Positions 7,623 to 16,992 are shown, numbered from the stretch's first letter. The stretch: DNA of 64,000 nucleotides from an uncultured archaeon (GCA_964517675.1 CAZFEL010000001.1:387588-451587); one strand, 5' to 3'. Made by a program: numbers and translations. The notes: generated by a model from the sequence alone, not told the origin.

Positions 7623-9201
7623 CGAGCTTGGTGTCACCTCCCTTCTCGTCGTTGTCTGGCTTCCAGAGCCGCTGGACACGTTCCTCCCTGCGCCACCTGC
7701 CGAGGAACTCCTCGACGGACTCGGGCATCGCGTTTGTCAGGATGCGACCGCGCCGGAGGATGCGACTGAGCTGGAGTTCAAGGCTCTTGGAGAGCTGGTC
7801 GTACACGGAGGTGTCAGCGTAGATGAGATCTTCCTTGATCCGCCAGTAGGCGGTGGTGCCTTTGGGCGCGAGGACGATATAGCCTCGCTGGCGACCCTCC
7901 CATTCAGCCATGGCATCGAGCATCTCTGTGCCATCGACGTAGTAGACCCCGCCGGAGACGGTGTGGGCGCTTGGATCGACGATGAGGAGCTCGTTGCCTT
8001 CGACACCGACGGAGACTGAGTAATGGCCTGTGTCGGTGTTGGGGAACAGCATCGGCTTCGCGAAGTTGGCGATGATGAGCCCGCCGTCGTTGAACCAGGT
8101 CTTGAACTCTTCATCAAGTTCGGTTATCTTGTCGTGTTCGATGTATGCTGCCTTGACCTCGCCGTTGCTCAGTTTTTCGATAGCATCTGTGAGACCGTCC
8201 GGGAGGACGCCGCCGGGCTGGCTCGTCCCTGACCGTTCCGCGATCTCCTCCTGGCTGATGTCAAAGCCGAACATCGCGAGGATCATCTCCGCACTGGCCG
8301 GGCCGCAGTAGGAGGGTTCCTGGGCGACGAAGTACTGCTTGATATCGTTGAGGGTCTCGACGTCGGCCTTGACACGCTTGAACATGATGTTCTTGTCCAT
8401 CAGCTTCTTGTTCGGCATCATCATGAAGTAGCCGGTGTCCGTCGTGATCGTGGTGCCGAAGGCGGTGATGTTGCGGATCTCGCCGGATTCATCATCGATC
8501 TTGACCTTCTTGCCGGGCTTGAGGACATCGGAACCGCGGAGATAGATCCCTGCGGCGTAGTTCTGGACGAGGTCCTTGAACCCGAAGAACCCGAGCAGCC
8601 CGAGTACCCCGACGATACCATACGAGGCGGCCGTCAAGGTGTTGCCGATGACCTGTGAGGAGTAAAAGCCCAGCTGGATGACGGTGATCTCGAGGATGAG
8701 GAGGTACAGGAAGATCTTCAGTCCCTGGAAGAACCCGTCGACGAGCTTTGTGGAGAACCCTATGCTCTGGGCGTACTGCTTGACACCGACCGTCTCGATG
8801 AACCCTGTCAGGAAGTCCATGAGCAGCTTGACGATCACGATCCCGAGGAGGAACGTCAGGACGGCTGTCAGCAGGGAGGGGAGGAAGTTGATTATCTGTG
8901 TGAACAGCTGGTTGGTCGCGGAGGCGTTGAGATAGACGAGTGCGATCGTGATGGTGACGACGAGGCTGCCGTACTCGATCCACTTGACGGGCTCGCGTTC
9001 CCTGTCTTTGATCTTCTCGACCATCTCCTTGGATTCGGTGCTGTAGAACCGCCGTGCGACCTTCGCCGCCAGTCGCCCGACCAGTGTGCCGGCAAGGAGG
9101 ATGCCCAGCGTGACGATGATCTTGATGCCGGTCGGCTGCTGGATGAGTGTCGCACTGAGAGAGGAAAGCTGTTCGAGAGAGATGGCCATGTCTGCCCCCA
9201 C
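7597..9201 (-). CDS. MscS-like mechanosensitive channel fused to a C-terminal papain-like (C39-like/phytochelatin-synthase-like) cysteine peptidase domain
   Basis: N-terminal half has TM helices plus an MscS beta-domain (AAGIYLRGSDVLKPGKKVKIDDESGEIRNITAFGTTITTDTG). C-terminal half has QEPSYCGPASAEMIL (Cys codon at 8305-8307) and TGHYSVSVGVEGNELLIVDPS. The 9201 start is a GTG; an alternative ATG is at 9189. Confidence 0.8.
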   Translation of the reverse strand: MGADMAISLEQLSSLSATLIQQPTGIKIIVTLGILLAGTLVGRLAAKVARRFYSTESKEMVEKIKDREREPVKWIEYGSLVVTITIALVYLNASATNQLFTQIINFLPSLLTAVLTFLLGIVIVKLLMDFLTGFIETVGVKQYAQSIGFSTKLVDGFFQGLKIFLYLLILEITVIQLGFYSSQVIGNTLTAASYGIVGVLGLLGFFGFKDLVQNYAAGIYLRGSDVLKPGKKVKIDDESGEIRNITAFGTTITTDTGYFMMMPNKKLMDKNIMFKRVKADVETLNDIKQYFVAQEPSYCGPASAEMILAMFGFDISQEEIAERSGTSQPGGVLPDGLTDAIEKLSNGEVKAAYIEHDKITELDEEFKTWFNDGGLIIANFAKPMLFPNTDTGHYSVSVGVEGNELLIVDPSAHTVSGGVYYVDGTEMLDAMAEWEGRQRGYIVLAPKGTTAYWRIKEDLIYADTSVYDQLSKSLELQLSRILRRGRILTNAMPESVEEFLGRWRREERVQRLWKPDNDEKGGDTKLDEFTDTDE

Positions 9202-9261
9202 ACCGCATTACAGCCCGGTCCGGGTTTATATACCTTTCCCTCCTTTCCCCGAGAGACGCTC

Positions 9262-10485
9262 TCAGTCTTCTTTGATGACTCCGTAACCGATGAGGCGCCA
9301 TCGTGTGCCGATACGACGAGAGATAGAAACTCGTTCGCCGACCTCTGCGCATACAGGACGCTTAAGCTGTATCTTGACGGTATCTCCGGCCTGTGTGACT
9401 GATCCAGATGTCTTCGCGGTGCCGACGTTGAGGAGCAGAGGTTCTTTCTGCTTGATGTTCTCGATCTCTCGTTCCTCCTCGCTGCCGACGACCCTGTCCA
9501 TCAGGGTGACGTCCATGGCCAGGGTCTCCCGGACGTCCGGGAGGTCGCCTTTCCGACCGAGGACGTTGCCGGCGAGGTTGTCCGACTTGGTCATGGCGGG
9601 GTCGAGGTTGGTCTCGATACCGAGCAGCCCGCCAGGCGAACCCGTCTCGACCTGTCGGTCGCCCTGGATGATGCTCCTGACGGTGGTGGTGACCGTCTCC
9701 CATTCATCGTCCGTGTTGACCCCTGGGCGGAGCTCGATCTCTGCTCCTTCCTCGAGCTCGCCTTTGACGAGGCTCCCGCCGACGACACCGCCTTTGAGGT
9801 CGTCTGCCTCTGTGCCTGGCTTGTTGATGTCGAAGCTCCGTGCGACGAGCATCTTGGGGTCTGCCTCGTGGTCGCGTTCTGGCGTCTGGATCTCGTCCTC
9901 GATCGTCTCGATGACGCGGTCGATGTTGACCTCGTGCTGGGCGGAGATCGGGATGATCGGGGCGTCCTCTGCGACGGTGCCCTTGATGAAGTCTTTGATC
10001 TGGTCGTAGTTGTCCGTTGCCTCCTCCTCGGAGACGAGGTCGATCTTGTTCTGGACGATGACGATGTTATCGATACCGACGATGTCCAGTGCCTCGAGGT
10101 GCTCCCGTGTCTGGGGCTGGGGGCAGTCCTCGGTGGCCGAGACGAGAAGCAAAGCACCGTCCATGATGCTGGCCCCGGAGAGTACGTTCGCCATCAGGGT
10201 CTCGTGTCCCGGTGCATCGACCAGCGAGACCGCACGGAGGAACTCCGTCTCACCGCCGCAGTCGCATTCCTCCGTGACGGTGTAGGAATCACAGTCCGGA
10301 CACTGTCGGAGGACGACGTCCGCGTACCCGAGTCGTATGGTTATACCTCTTTTGAGCTCTTCCGAGTGCTCGTCGGTCCATTTACCGGAGAGAGCTCGTG
10401 TCAGTGTGGTCTTGCCGTGATCGACGTGCCCGACAAGTCCGATGTTGACCTCGGGTATTGGTGCGTCGTCCATGGTGGAACTCAC
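9262..10485 (-). CDS. eif2g: translation initiation factor aIF2 gamma
   Basis: [17 protein letters not shown], a Cys4 zinc knuckle and DAPGHE. The GTG at 10485 overlaps the S6e stop; an alternative ATG is at 10473. Confidence 0.95.
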   Translation of the reverse strand: MSSTMDDAPIPEVNIGLVGHVDHGKTTLTRALSGKWTDEHSEELKRGITIRLGYADVVLRQCPDCDSYTVTEECDCGGETEFLRAVSLVDAPGHETLMANVLSGASIMDGALLLVSATEDCPQPQTREHLEALDIVGIDNIVIVQNKIDLVSEEEATDNYDQIKDFIKGTVAEDAPIIPISAQHEVNIDRVIETIEDEIQTPERDHEADPKMLVARSFDINKPGTEADDLKGGVVGGSLVKGELEEGAEIELRPGVNTDDEWETVTTTVRSIIQGDRQVETGSPGGLLGIETNLDPAMTKSDNLAGNVLGRKGDLPDVRETLAMDVTLMDRVVGSEEEREIENIKQKEPLLLNVGTAKTSGSVTQAGDTVKIQLKRPVCAEVGERVSISRRIGTRWRLIGYGVIKED

Positions 10486-10877
10486 TCGTCGTCCTCCGCT
10501 TGTTCGTCGTTGCCGTGGAGAAGTGTGTCGATGTCTTTGTCGCCTGCCTCGAGGACGCCACAGTTGAGCTGTGCGATGTCTTCAGCGACGGTGTTGCCGC
10601 GGAGGGATTTCCGCTGGCGCTCACCTTTCTCGAGCCCGTTGACACCGAGCCCACCGTCGATCAGGATCTTCTTCCGACCGGTCCCCTGGAGCTGCTGTTT
10701 CATCGGGAAGCCGTCCTCGTCGCTGCCGCCGGTGATCTTGAGCTTGTATCCATCAAGACCGACTGCGGACCCGTCGAAGGTATCGCCGACGCTGAGGCCT
10801 TCTACGGCGTTCTGCTGTTCATCGTCTAGTTCGAAAGAATGTGTCGTGCCGTCAGTTGCGCCTACTACAATTTGCAT
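10482..10877 (-). CDS. rps6e: ribosomal protein S6e
   Basis: [17 protein letters not shown] and [11 protein letters not shown] motifs. Confidence 0.95.
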   Translation of the reverse strand: MQIVVGATDGTTHSFELDDEQQNAVEGLSVGDTFDGSAVGLDGYKLKITGGSDEDGFPMKQQLQGTGRKKILIDGGLGVNGLEKGERQRKSLRGNTVAEDIAQLNCGVLEAGDKDIDTLLHGNDEQAEDDE

Positions 10878-11003
10878 CGTGTATCACCTGGCTCAGTACT
10901 CGTTGCCTTTCCCGGAGCACAGGGGGACTGTCGGGTCCAATATTTAAAAGGTTGCTCGCATGCGGCCACAGATTAAAGTACGACGCCCACTCATGATGGG
11001 TGT

Positions 11004-11858
11004 ATGGCGCTTGTCGGTGAGTATCTCGATCAGGCATGGGCGGCGATGGTTGCGTTCCTGGAGGTCGAAGGGCTGCCCCAGGCTGAGATCGTCTCGATCA
11101 TCGTCATCCTGGTCGTCGGGCTGATCGGCGGCCATATCGCCTCTGAGGTCATCCGGCGCATTCTGAAAAAGACGGCCCTCGATGATCTCGCCGTCAAGGC
11201 CAACGTTCAGTCGCTGCTCCGGCACCTGGATTACTCGGGGACGCTGTCGGACCTGATTGGGGCGATCATCCGGTACTCGATCTATCTCCTCGTCGTCGTT
11301 GCGATATTCAACCTGCTCGGGGTGGAGTTCCTCCTCGGGTACGCGGACGTCGTTGTCGGGTTCGCGCCACGCGTGGTGGTGGCCCTGGTCGTCGTGGTCC
11401 TCGGGTTCATCGTCTCCGATCACCTCCAGAACATCACGGTGACGTTCTTCCGGGCTGGGCCGATGTCCTCGATGGTGGATGAGGCAGAGGCCGCGTACCC
11501 GGCCTACCGCATCGTCGGCCAGTTCGTCAAACTGATCGGGTACCTGGCGAGTCTTCTGGCTGCCCTGGCGGTTCTTGGGGTCGACAGGCTCGCTATAACG
11601 TTGATGATGGGTGTCTTCAGCATCGGGGTCGTGGCACTGTTCATCCTCGCGTCGTGGGGAGTCATGAAGAACGTCGCGGTCTCGATCTACTTCCAGATGT
11701 CGAAGACGTTCGCCGCTGGTGAGTGGATATCGGTCGATGGGTATGAGGGCGAGATCAAACACATCACTCCGCTGTACGTCAAGATCGAGGACAAGGATGG
11801 GGCCAACTACGTGCCCAACACGCACTTCTTAAACCACGTCATCGAGCATGAGACCTAG
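11004..11858 (+). CDS. small MscS-like mechanosensitive channel family protein
   Basis: Several TM helices followed by GEWISVDGYEGEIKHITPLYVKIEDKDGANYVPN, an MscS-type beta-domain. Confidence 0.65.
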   Translation: MALVGEYLDQAWAAMVAFLEVEGLPQAEIVSIIVILVVGLIGGHIASEVIRRILKKTALDDLAVKANVQSLLRHLDYSGTLSDLIGAIIRYSIYLLVVVAIFNLLGVEFLLGYADVVVGFAPRVVVALVVVVLGFIVSDHLQNITVTFFRAGPMSSMVDEAEAAYPAYRIVGQFVKLIGYLASLLAALAVLGVDRLAITLMMGVFSIGVVALFILASWGVMKNVAVSIYFQMSKTFAAGEWISVDGYEGEIKHITPLYVKIEDKDGANYVPNTHFLNHVIEHET

Positions 11859-11863
11859 GTAGC

Positions 11864-13309
11864 ATGGACCGGGTCATCTCCTACTATGTCGGCCTCTTCC
11901 TGAGGGTCTTTTCCGTCCTGCTGCTGGTGCCGGTCGCTGTCGGGAAGGTCTTTGGTGAGAGCTTTGTCCAGCTGGAGAGTTTCATCTTTGCATCGTTTTT
12001 CTCAATCGTGCTTGGGTACCTGCTCGGGCATGTCGGTGAGCAGCGGAAGCCTGATGCGATCGAGGGGATGATCGCTGCGACGATCGGGTGGGTCATCGCT
12101 GTCGGGCTGGGGGCGTACCCGTTCATGTCGATCCTCGGCTGGGGGTTCCCGTCGGCGTTTTTCGAGGCGATGAGCGGGTTCTCGACGACAGGCATATCGG
12201 TGATGGTCTCGTTCGAGGGGGTCCAGACCTCGCTCCTGTTCTGGCGGACGTTCATGCAGTGGGTCGGCGGACTGGGTATCCTGACGTTTTTCGTCGCTGT
12301 CGTGGTCGAAGCAGGCGGTGCCGCGACGTCCCTGCTGTCGGCTGAGGGGAACAAGACGGACTCAGGCTCGATCAGGCCGTCGGTGTTCACGGCGATCAAG
12401 ACGCTGTGGTACATCTATATCACCTTCACGCTGCTGGAAACGGTCCTGCTGTACCTGCTGGAGATGTCGTTCTTCGATGCGTTCATGTACTCGATGGCGA
12501 CGATGCCGACGGGAGGCCTCTCCCACACAGCAGGCGGGATAGCCGGCTTTGACTCGCTCGCGATCGAGGCGGTGGTGTTTGTGTTCATGCTAGCCGGTGG
12601 GACGAACTTCCTGCTGCTGTACCGGCTGATGCAGGGCAACATCAAGGCGCTGGTCACGGACTACGAGTTCAAGCTGTACATCAAGATTATGGCCTTTGCC
12701 GCGATCATCATCGCCGGTGATCTCGTCCTCAACACCGGGATGGGTCTCGTTGAGACGATCAGGATGACAGTGTTCCAGACGGTCTCGGTCACCTCCTCAA
12801 CGGGCTTCGAGACGATGTCAGTCAATGGATTCCCAGAGATCTCGAAGGTGGTGTTCATGCTTCTGATGTTCGTTGGTGGCTGTCTCGGATCGACGACAGG
12901 CGGTATCAAGATGTTCAGGATCGGTGTCATGTTCAAGATCGTTGTCCGGGAGATCAAGGGCTTTTCGATGCCATCGAGTGCTCTCAACCATGTCATGGCC
13001 CACGGGAAGCGGTTGAAGGAGGATGATCTGATGCGGATCGTCGCGATCTTTTTCACGTGGCTGGTCGTCATCTTGGGCGTCGGGATGGTCGTGCTGGCCA
13101 CGACGGATCTGTCGATCATCCAAGGCATCCAGGCGGTGGTCTCGGCTGCGGGCACGATGGGGCCGCTTTTCATGACACAGGCCGAGATCGCTGCCCTGCC
13201 GGGGGTCGCGAAGCTGGCGCTGTCCCTGGCGATGCTGGCGGGCCGCCTGGAGATGCTGCCGGTGCTGGTCCTGCTCAATGTCGAGGTCGTCAAGCGGGTC
13301 AAGGGCTAG
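11864..13309 (+). CDS. trkH: Trk-type K+ uptake membrane subunit TrkH
   Basis: Polytopic protein with repeated GFSTTG/SSTGFET/GSTTGG selectivity-filter-like motifs. Confidence 0.9.
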   Translation: MDRVISYYVGLFLRVFSVLLLVPVAVGKVFGESFVQLESFIFASFFSIVLGYLLGHVGEQRKPDAIEGMIAATIGWVIAVGLGAYPFMSILGWGFPSAFFEAMSGFSTTGISVMVSFEGVQTSLLFWRTFMQWVGGLGILTFFVAVVVEAGGAATSLLSAEGNKTDSGSIRPSVFTAIKTLWYIYITFTLLETVLLYLLEMSFFDAFMYSMATMPTGGLSHTAGGIAGFDSLAIEAVVFVFMLAGGTNFLLLYRLMQGNIKALVTDYEFKLYIKIMAFAAIIIAGDLVLNTGMGLVETIRMTVFQTVSVTSSTGFETMSVNGFPEISKVVFMLLMFVGGCLGSTTGGIKMFRIGVMFKIVVREIKGFSMPSSALNHVMAHGKRLKEDDLMRIVAIFFTWLVVILGVGMVVLATTDLSIIQGIQAVVSAAGTMGPLFMTQAEIAALPGVAKLALSLAMLAGRLEMLPVLVLLNVEVVKRVKG

Positions 13310-13352
13310 GACCGGTACTCGTTTAAGGCAGGCCGGCTAATAGGCGGGTGGA

Positions 13353-14009
13353 ATGTACATTATCGTCATCGGTATCAACACGATCTCTCGCCGGATGATC
13401 GATGATCTCGCGAAGAACCACGATCTTGTGGTGGTGGACGCGGACGAGACCAAGGCCGAGCGTGTCTACTCCTCGACCGGTGCGACGGTCATCACCGGCA
13501 AGCCGTCCCAGCTCTCCGTGCTGGAGGATGCGGGCATCTCGAAGGCGGATGTCCTTGTGACGACACTGGAGGATGCGAACGAGAACATGATCATCTCGAT
13601 GCTGGGGAAGAAATACGGTGTCCCGAAGATCGTGGCCCGGGTCGAGAACCCGGATTATATGGACGTCTACAACATGCTCGAGGTCAACACGATCGAGTAC
13701 ACAGACATCGTCTATGCGGAGTTCATGTCGGTTATCGAGCACCCTGCTATACGGAAGATCGCCAACGTCGGGAAGGAACGGGAGATACTGGAGATCATCG
13801 TCGGTGAGGGATCGCGGCTCGCGAACCTGCGGATCGATGAGGCTAGGAAGCTCAAGAAGTTCCCCTCGGAGAAGGTCGAGTTCGCTGCGGTCCTGCGGGA
13901 CGATGACGTCCACGATCCAGATGACACGTTCCGGCTGAAAAACGGTGATTCGATCATCGTCATCATCGACCCGACCGCAAAGAAGGCGCTCAATAATGTT
14001 CTTGGCTAG
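13353..14009 (+). CDS. trkA: Trk system NAD-binding subunit TrkA (TrkA-N + TrkA-C)
   Basis: MYIIVIGINTISRRMIDDL Rossmann start; C-terminal RCK_C-like segment (GDSIIVIIDP). Confidence 0.9.
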   Translation: MYIIVIGINTISRRMIDDLAKNHDLVVVDADETKAERVYSSTGATVITGKPSQLSVLEDAGISKADVLVTTLEDANENMIISMLGKKYGVPKIVARVENPDYMDVYNMLEVNTIEYTDIVYAEFMSVIEHPAIRKIANVGKEREILEIIVGEGSRLANLRIDEARKLKKFPSEKVEFAAVLRDDDVHDPDDTFRLKNGDSIIVIIDPTAKKALNNVLG

Positions 14010-14176
14010 ACGATCTGGGAGCCGATGACACCGATCAACGCGAGCAGACCGCCGAGGACGATCTGCTCTGGACTGATGGTGATGACCTCCGGCATGCTGT
14101 ACCATTCGGTCGCTTTGACGAACACGATGGCGAACAGGGCGATGACGCTGCCGGCCATCGCGTGGAACGCTGACAT
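14006..14176 (-). CDS. hypothetical 56-aa two-TM membrane peptide
   Basis: Hand translation gives MSAFHAMAGSVIALFAIVFVKATEWYSMPEVITISPEQIVLGGLLALIGVIGSQIV. No homologue recognised. Confidence 0.3.
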   Translation of the reverse strand: MSAFHAMAGSVIALFAIVFVKATEWYSMPEVITISPEQIVLGGLLALIGVIGSQIV

Positions 14177-14200
14177 ACTCCCTACCCTCCCGGCGATGCT

Positions 14201-14275
14201 TTAATATCCTTCCCGGCCCTGGCCGAGGGTCTTCTGGACGATCGTCTCAATCTCTTTGATACCGTGGACGCTCAT
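14201..14275 (-). CDS. hypothetical 24-aa ORF
   Basis: MSVHGIKEIETIVQKTLGQGREGY. Its ATG overlaps the upstream mini-ORF stop (ATGA). Confidence 0.15.
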   Translation of the reverse strand: MSVHGIKEIETIVQKTLGQGREGY

Positions 14276-14379
14276 GTCGTACCGCTGTCGGGTGATGTTG
14301 TCCAGGTGGATGGTCCTGCGAGGATGAATCCGATCATGAGGACGATGAGATGCGTGATGATCAGGGTCCTATGTCTCAT
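14272..14379 (-). CDS. hypothetical 35-aa TM peptide
   Basis: MRHRTLIITHLIVLMIGFILAGPSTWTTSPDSGTT. It starts 2 nt after the aIF5B stop. Confidence 0.2.
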   Translation of the reverse strand: MRHRTLIITHLIVLMIGFILAGPSTWTTSPDSGTT

Positions 14380-14380
14380 G

Positions 14381-16168
14381 CTAGCCCAGCTTCCACCTTG
14401 GATCGTTCTGGTCTTTGATCTCGACGATGGTCTCTAAGACATTGAGCTCGTCCCGGGAGACGTGTTCTTCGAGTTCCTGGAGGACCTTGTAGTCCTGGGA
14501 GGAGAGGTTGGTGAGGAAGGTCTCGCCTTCCTCGACCTGCCGGCCGACCTGGACGTCGGTGAGCGAGAGGGCGACCTCGTCGCCTTTCGTCGCAAGGTCG
14601 ATCGATTCCCCGTCCTCCTGGACGGCCTTGATCGTCCCGAGGACCTCTCCGTCCTCCGTCATGAACGAGGAGCCGGGTGAGACAGCACCGTCGAGGATCT
14701 CGACACCGACGACGGCGGGCTTGGAGGACCGGAAGACGTGATCCGGCATGATCCGGAACCGGCCGGGCCGGGAGATCGAGGACAGGGCCTTCTCCCGCTG
14801 TCTCCGCTCGATCTCCTGCCGCCAGCCGTTGTACCGGTCGACGAGCTCATAGATGATATCTGAGGTGAAGACCTTGACATCGTCCGTGCGTTTCAGCATC
14901 TCCTCCGTCGAGGCGGTTGGTGCCGTGTTGAACCCGAAAACGACCTTGTGCTCCGGGTCCGAGCCCTCCAGTTCGAGGACGTCCTGTTTGGTGATGCGAC
15001 CGACCTCTGCCTTCGCTATCGGGATATCCTCCTCGGCGAAGGTCTTCGAGACCGCCTCCAGGGAGCCCAGCGAGTCTGCCTTCACGACGACGCCCTCGGG
15101 GTAGGTCCGGATGTCGAACTCGTCCAGCTCCTTCCGGACGGCCTCTTTCGCGGCCTCGAGTGCCTCCTCGTCGCCCGAACGAACGGTCCTGACCGGTGCC
15201 CCGGCCATGACGTCGTCGAGGTCCTGGGCGGCGATCTTGACGCCGGAGGCGGGTGCGACCTCCTCGAGCTTGTCGAAGTCCTTCTCCCGGCGCATCTCGG
15301 TGAGGGGTCTGGTCTTGAGTATGGCCTTGATATCGCGGGTGATGACGCCGTTTTTCCCGCCGACGACGAGTGTGTCGTCTTTCTTCATGATGCCGTCATA
15401 GAGGATGACATCGATCGTGGTGCCGAATCCTTTGACCTCGTTGACCTCGAGGACGGTGCCCTGTCCGGTGCCGCCTTTGACCTCGAGATTCTCATCGAGG
15501 TACCGCTGGGAGAGGCCTGCCATGACCATCATCAGGTCGGGGAGACCCTCGCCGGTCTCTGCGGAGATCGGGACGACGGCGACTTTCTTCTGGAAGTCAT
15601 CGACCCGATCGTACCGCTCGCAGGTGATGTCCATGTCGTGGAGCTCACCCATGATCTCGTATATCGTCTCGTCGAGTTCCTTCTGGAGCTTGTCCCGCTG
15701 TTCCTGGATGTTCTGTGCCCAGCAGCCATCCTCTTCTGTCTGCCAGCCGGGGAGGGTGTCGATCTTGTTGAGCGCGATGATGAACGGGGTTCCGGATTCT
15801 TTGAGTATCTCGATAGCCTCCTCTGTCTGGGGCTGGAGGCCGTCCTGGACATCGATGACGAGGATGGCGATGTCGGACAGCGAGCCGCCGCGCTTCCGCA
15901 GGGAGGTAAAGGCGGCGTGACCGGGCGTGTCGATGAACAGCAGCCCCGGGATCGTCAGGTCGGTCTCGAGCTGGCCGAGCAGCCCGCCACAGATATCCTC
16001 GATGGTGTCGATCGGCACCTCGGTGGCCCCGATCATCTGTGTGATGCTGCCTGCTTCCTTCTGGACGACTGTAGACTGTCGTATGTGATCGAGAAGCGTT
16101 GTCTTGCCCGAGTCGACGTGTCCGAGGACGGAGACGATGGGCTGCCGGAGTTTTCTGTCCGCTGCCAT
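14381..16168 (-). CDS. infB: translation initiation factor aIF5B (IF-2 family GTPase)
   Basis: PIVSVLGHVDSGKTTLLD, DTPGH and NKID motifs; full four-domain length. Confidence 0.95.
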   Translation of the reverse strand: MAADRKLRQPIVSVLGHVDSGKTTLLDHIRQSTVVQKEAGSITQMIGATEVPIDTIEDICGGLLGQLETDLTIPGLLFIDTPGHAAFTSLRKRGGSLSDIAILVIDVQDGLQPQTEEAIEILKESGTPFIIALNKIDTLPGWQTEEDGCWAQNIQEQRDKLQKELDETIYEIMGELHDMDITCERYDRVDDFQKKVAVVPISAETGEGLPDLMMVMAGLSQRYLDENLEVKGGTGQGTVLEVNEVKGFGTTIDVILYDGIMKKDDTLVVGGKNGVITRDIKAILKTRPLTEMRREKDFDKLEEVAPASGVKIAAQDLDDVMAGAPVRTVRSGDEEALEAAKEAVRKELDEFDIRTYPEGVVVKADSLGSLEAVSKTFAEEDIPIAKAEVGRITKQDVLELEGSDPEHKVVFGFNTAPTASTEEMLKRTDDVKVFTSDIIYELVDRYNGWRQEIERRQREKALSSISRPGRFRIMPDHVFRSSKPAVVGVEILDGAVSPGSSFMTEDGEVLGTIKAVQEDGESIDLATKGDEVALSLTDVQVGRQVEEGETFLTNLSSQDYKVLQELEEHVSRDELNVLETIVEIKDQNDPRWKLG

Positions 16169-16225
16169 TGTTTCTCACCGGGAGAACCGGTCCGAGACCG
16201 GCTGGTCACATGACATCGACAGAAC

Positions 16226-16234
16226 TTTTTAAAG
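16226..16234. promoter_or_regulatory. TATA-like box in the divergent infB/DNPH1-like intergenic region
   Basis: tttttaaag centred about 26 nt upstream of the ATG at 16256. Confidence 0.4.
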
Positions 16235-16255
16235 GTTGGTCGGGATGACCGATCC

Positions 16256-16672
16256 ATGCATATCTATTTCGCAGGATCGATCCGTGGCGGCCGAGATGAT
16301 GCTGAGCTGTACGCTGAGCTGGTGGAGGAACTTCAGGAGTATGGCACCGTCCTGACCGAACACGTCGGCGATGAGGATCTCTCTGATAAGGGCCAGGAGG
16401 AGGCGAGCGATCGTGCGATCTACGAGAAAGATGTCGACTGGCTCCAGCAGGCCGATGTCATCATCGCGGAGGTCACCACGCCCAGTCTCGGTGTGGGCTA
16501 TGAGCTCGGCCGGGCGGAGGCCGCCGGGACCGATGTCCTGTGCCTGTTCCGGGAGGATGCGGATGTGATGCTGTCCGCGATGATTTCGGGCAACCCTGCC
16601 ATGCCGGTGGTGCGGTACACGGACGTGGAGGGGGCGAAAGCGGGCATCCGGTCGTTCCTCGAGCAGCGGTGA
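16256..16672 (+). CDS. 2'-deoxynucleoside 5'-phosphate N-hydrolase-like protein (DNPH1/Rcl, nucleoside 2-deoxyribosyltransferase superfamily)
   Basis: IYFAGSIRGGRDD, VLTEHV, WLQQADVIIAEVTTPSLGVGYELGRA, LCLFR and LSAMISG closely follow the DNPH1 motif series as I remember it. Confidence 0.85.
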   Translation: MHIYFAGSIRGGRDDAELYAELVEELQEYGTVLTEHVGDEDLSDKGQEEASDRAIYEKDVDWLQQADVIIAEVTTPSLGVGYELGRAEAAGTDVLCLFREDADVMLSAMISGNPAMPVVRYTDVEGAKAGIRSFLEQR

Positions 16673-16851
16673 GGACCTGTCCGTAACCGATAAAAATCCT
16701 GATGTCAAGTACGGGACGGAGAACACCCGATAACCACACACCACGAGTTGAAAGGCTTGATGGGATCACACGACGCTGATATACGGTCTTGTGGATCCGA
16801 GGCGCTCCAAACCTCCTACGATACCGTCTTCCGGAGCTTGAATCCGCGGAC

Positions 16852-16992
16852 ATGGTAGCATGTCCTGACTGCGGTGGCTGGGACGTCACCGAGTATGCTA
16901 CTGGCGAATACCGGTGCCTGGAATGCGGTGTGACGTTCCAGCGCGAGACCTGGTCGGGCCGTCGGTCCGAAGGACCGGAGATGCCGACCTGA
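16852..16992 (+). CDS. hypothetical 46-aa zinc-ribbon protein
   Basis: MVACPDCGG..YRCLECG (CxxC..CxxC). The longer ORF from 16789 has an implausible N-terminus. Confidence 0.35.
   Translation: MVACPDCGGWDVTEYATGEYRCLECGVTFQRETWSGRRSEGPEMPT

Noticed and set aside
16695-16785. Possible box C/D sRNA: CUGAUGU, a UGAUGG-like box and CUGA spaced over about 75 nt in the DNPH1-downstream gap.
   Set aside because: The boxes are imperfect. There is no D' box, no terminal stem and no recognisable guide. The pattern is too weak to report as a feature.
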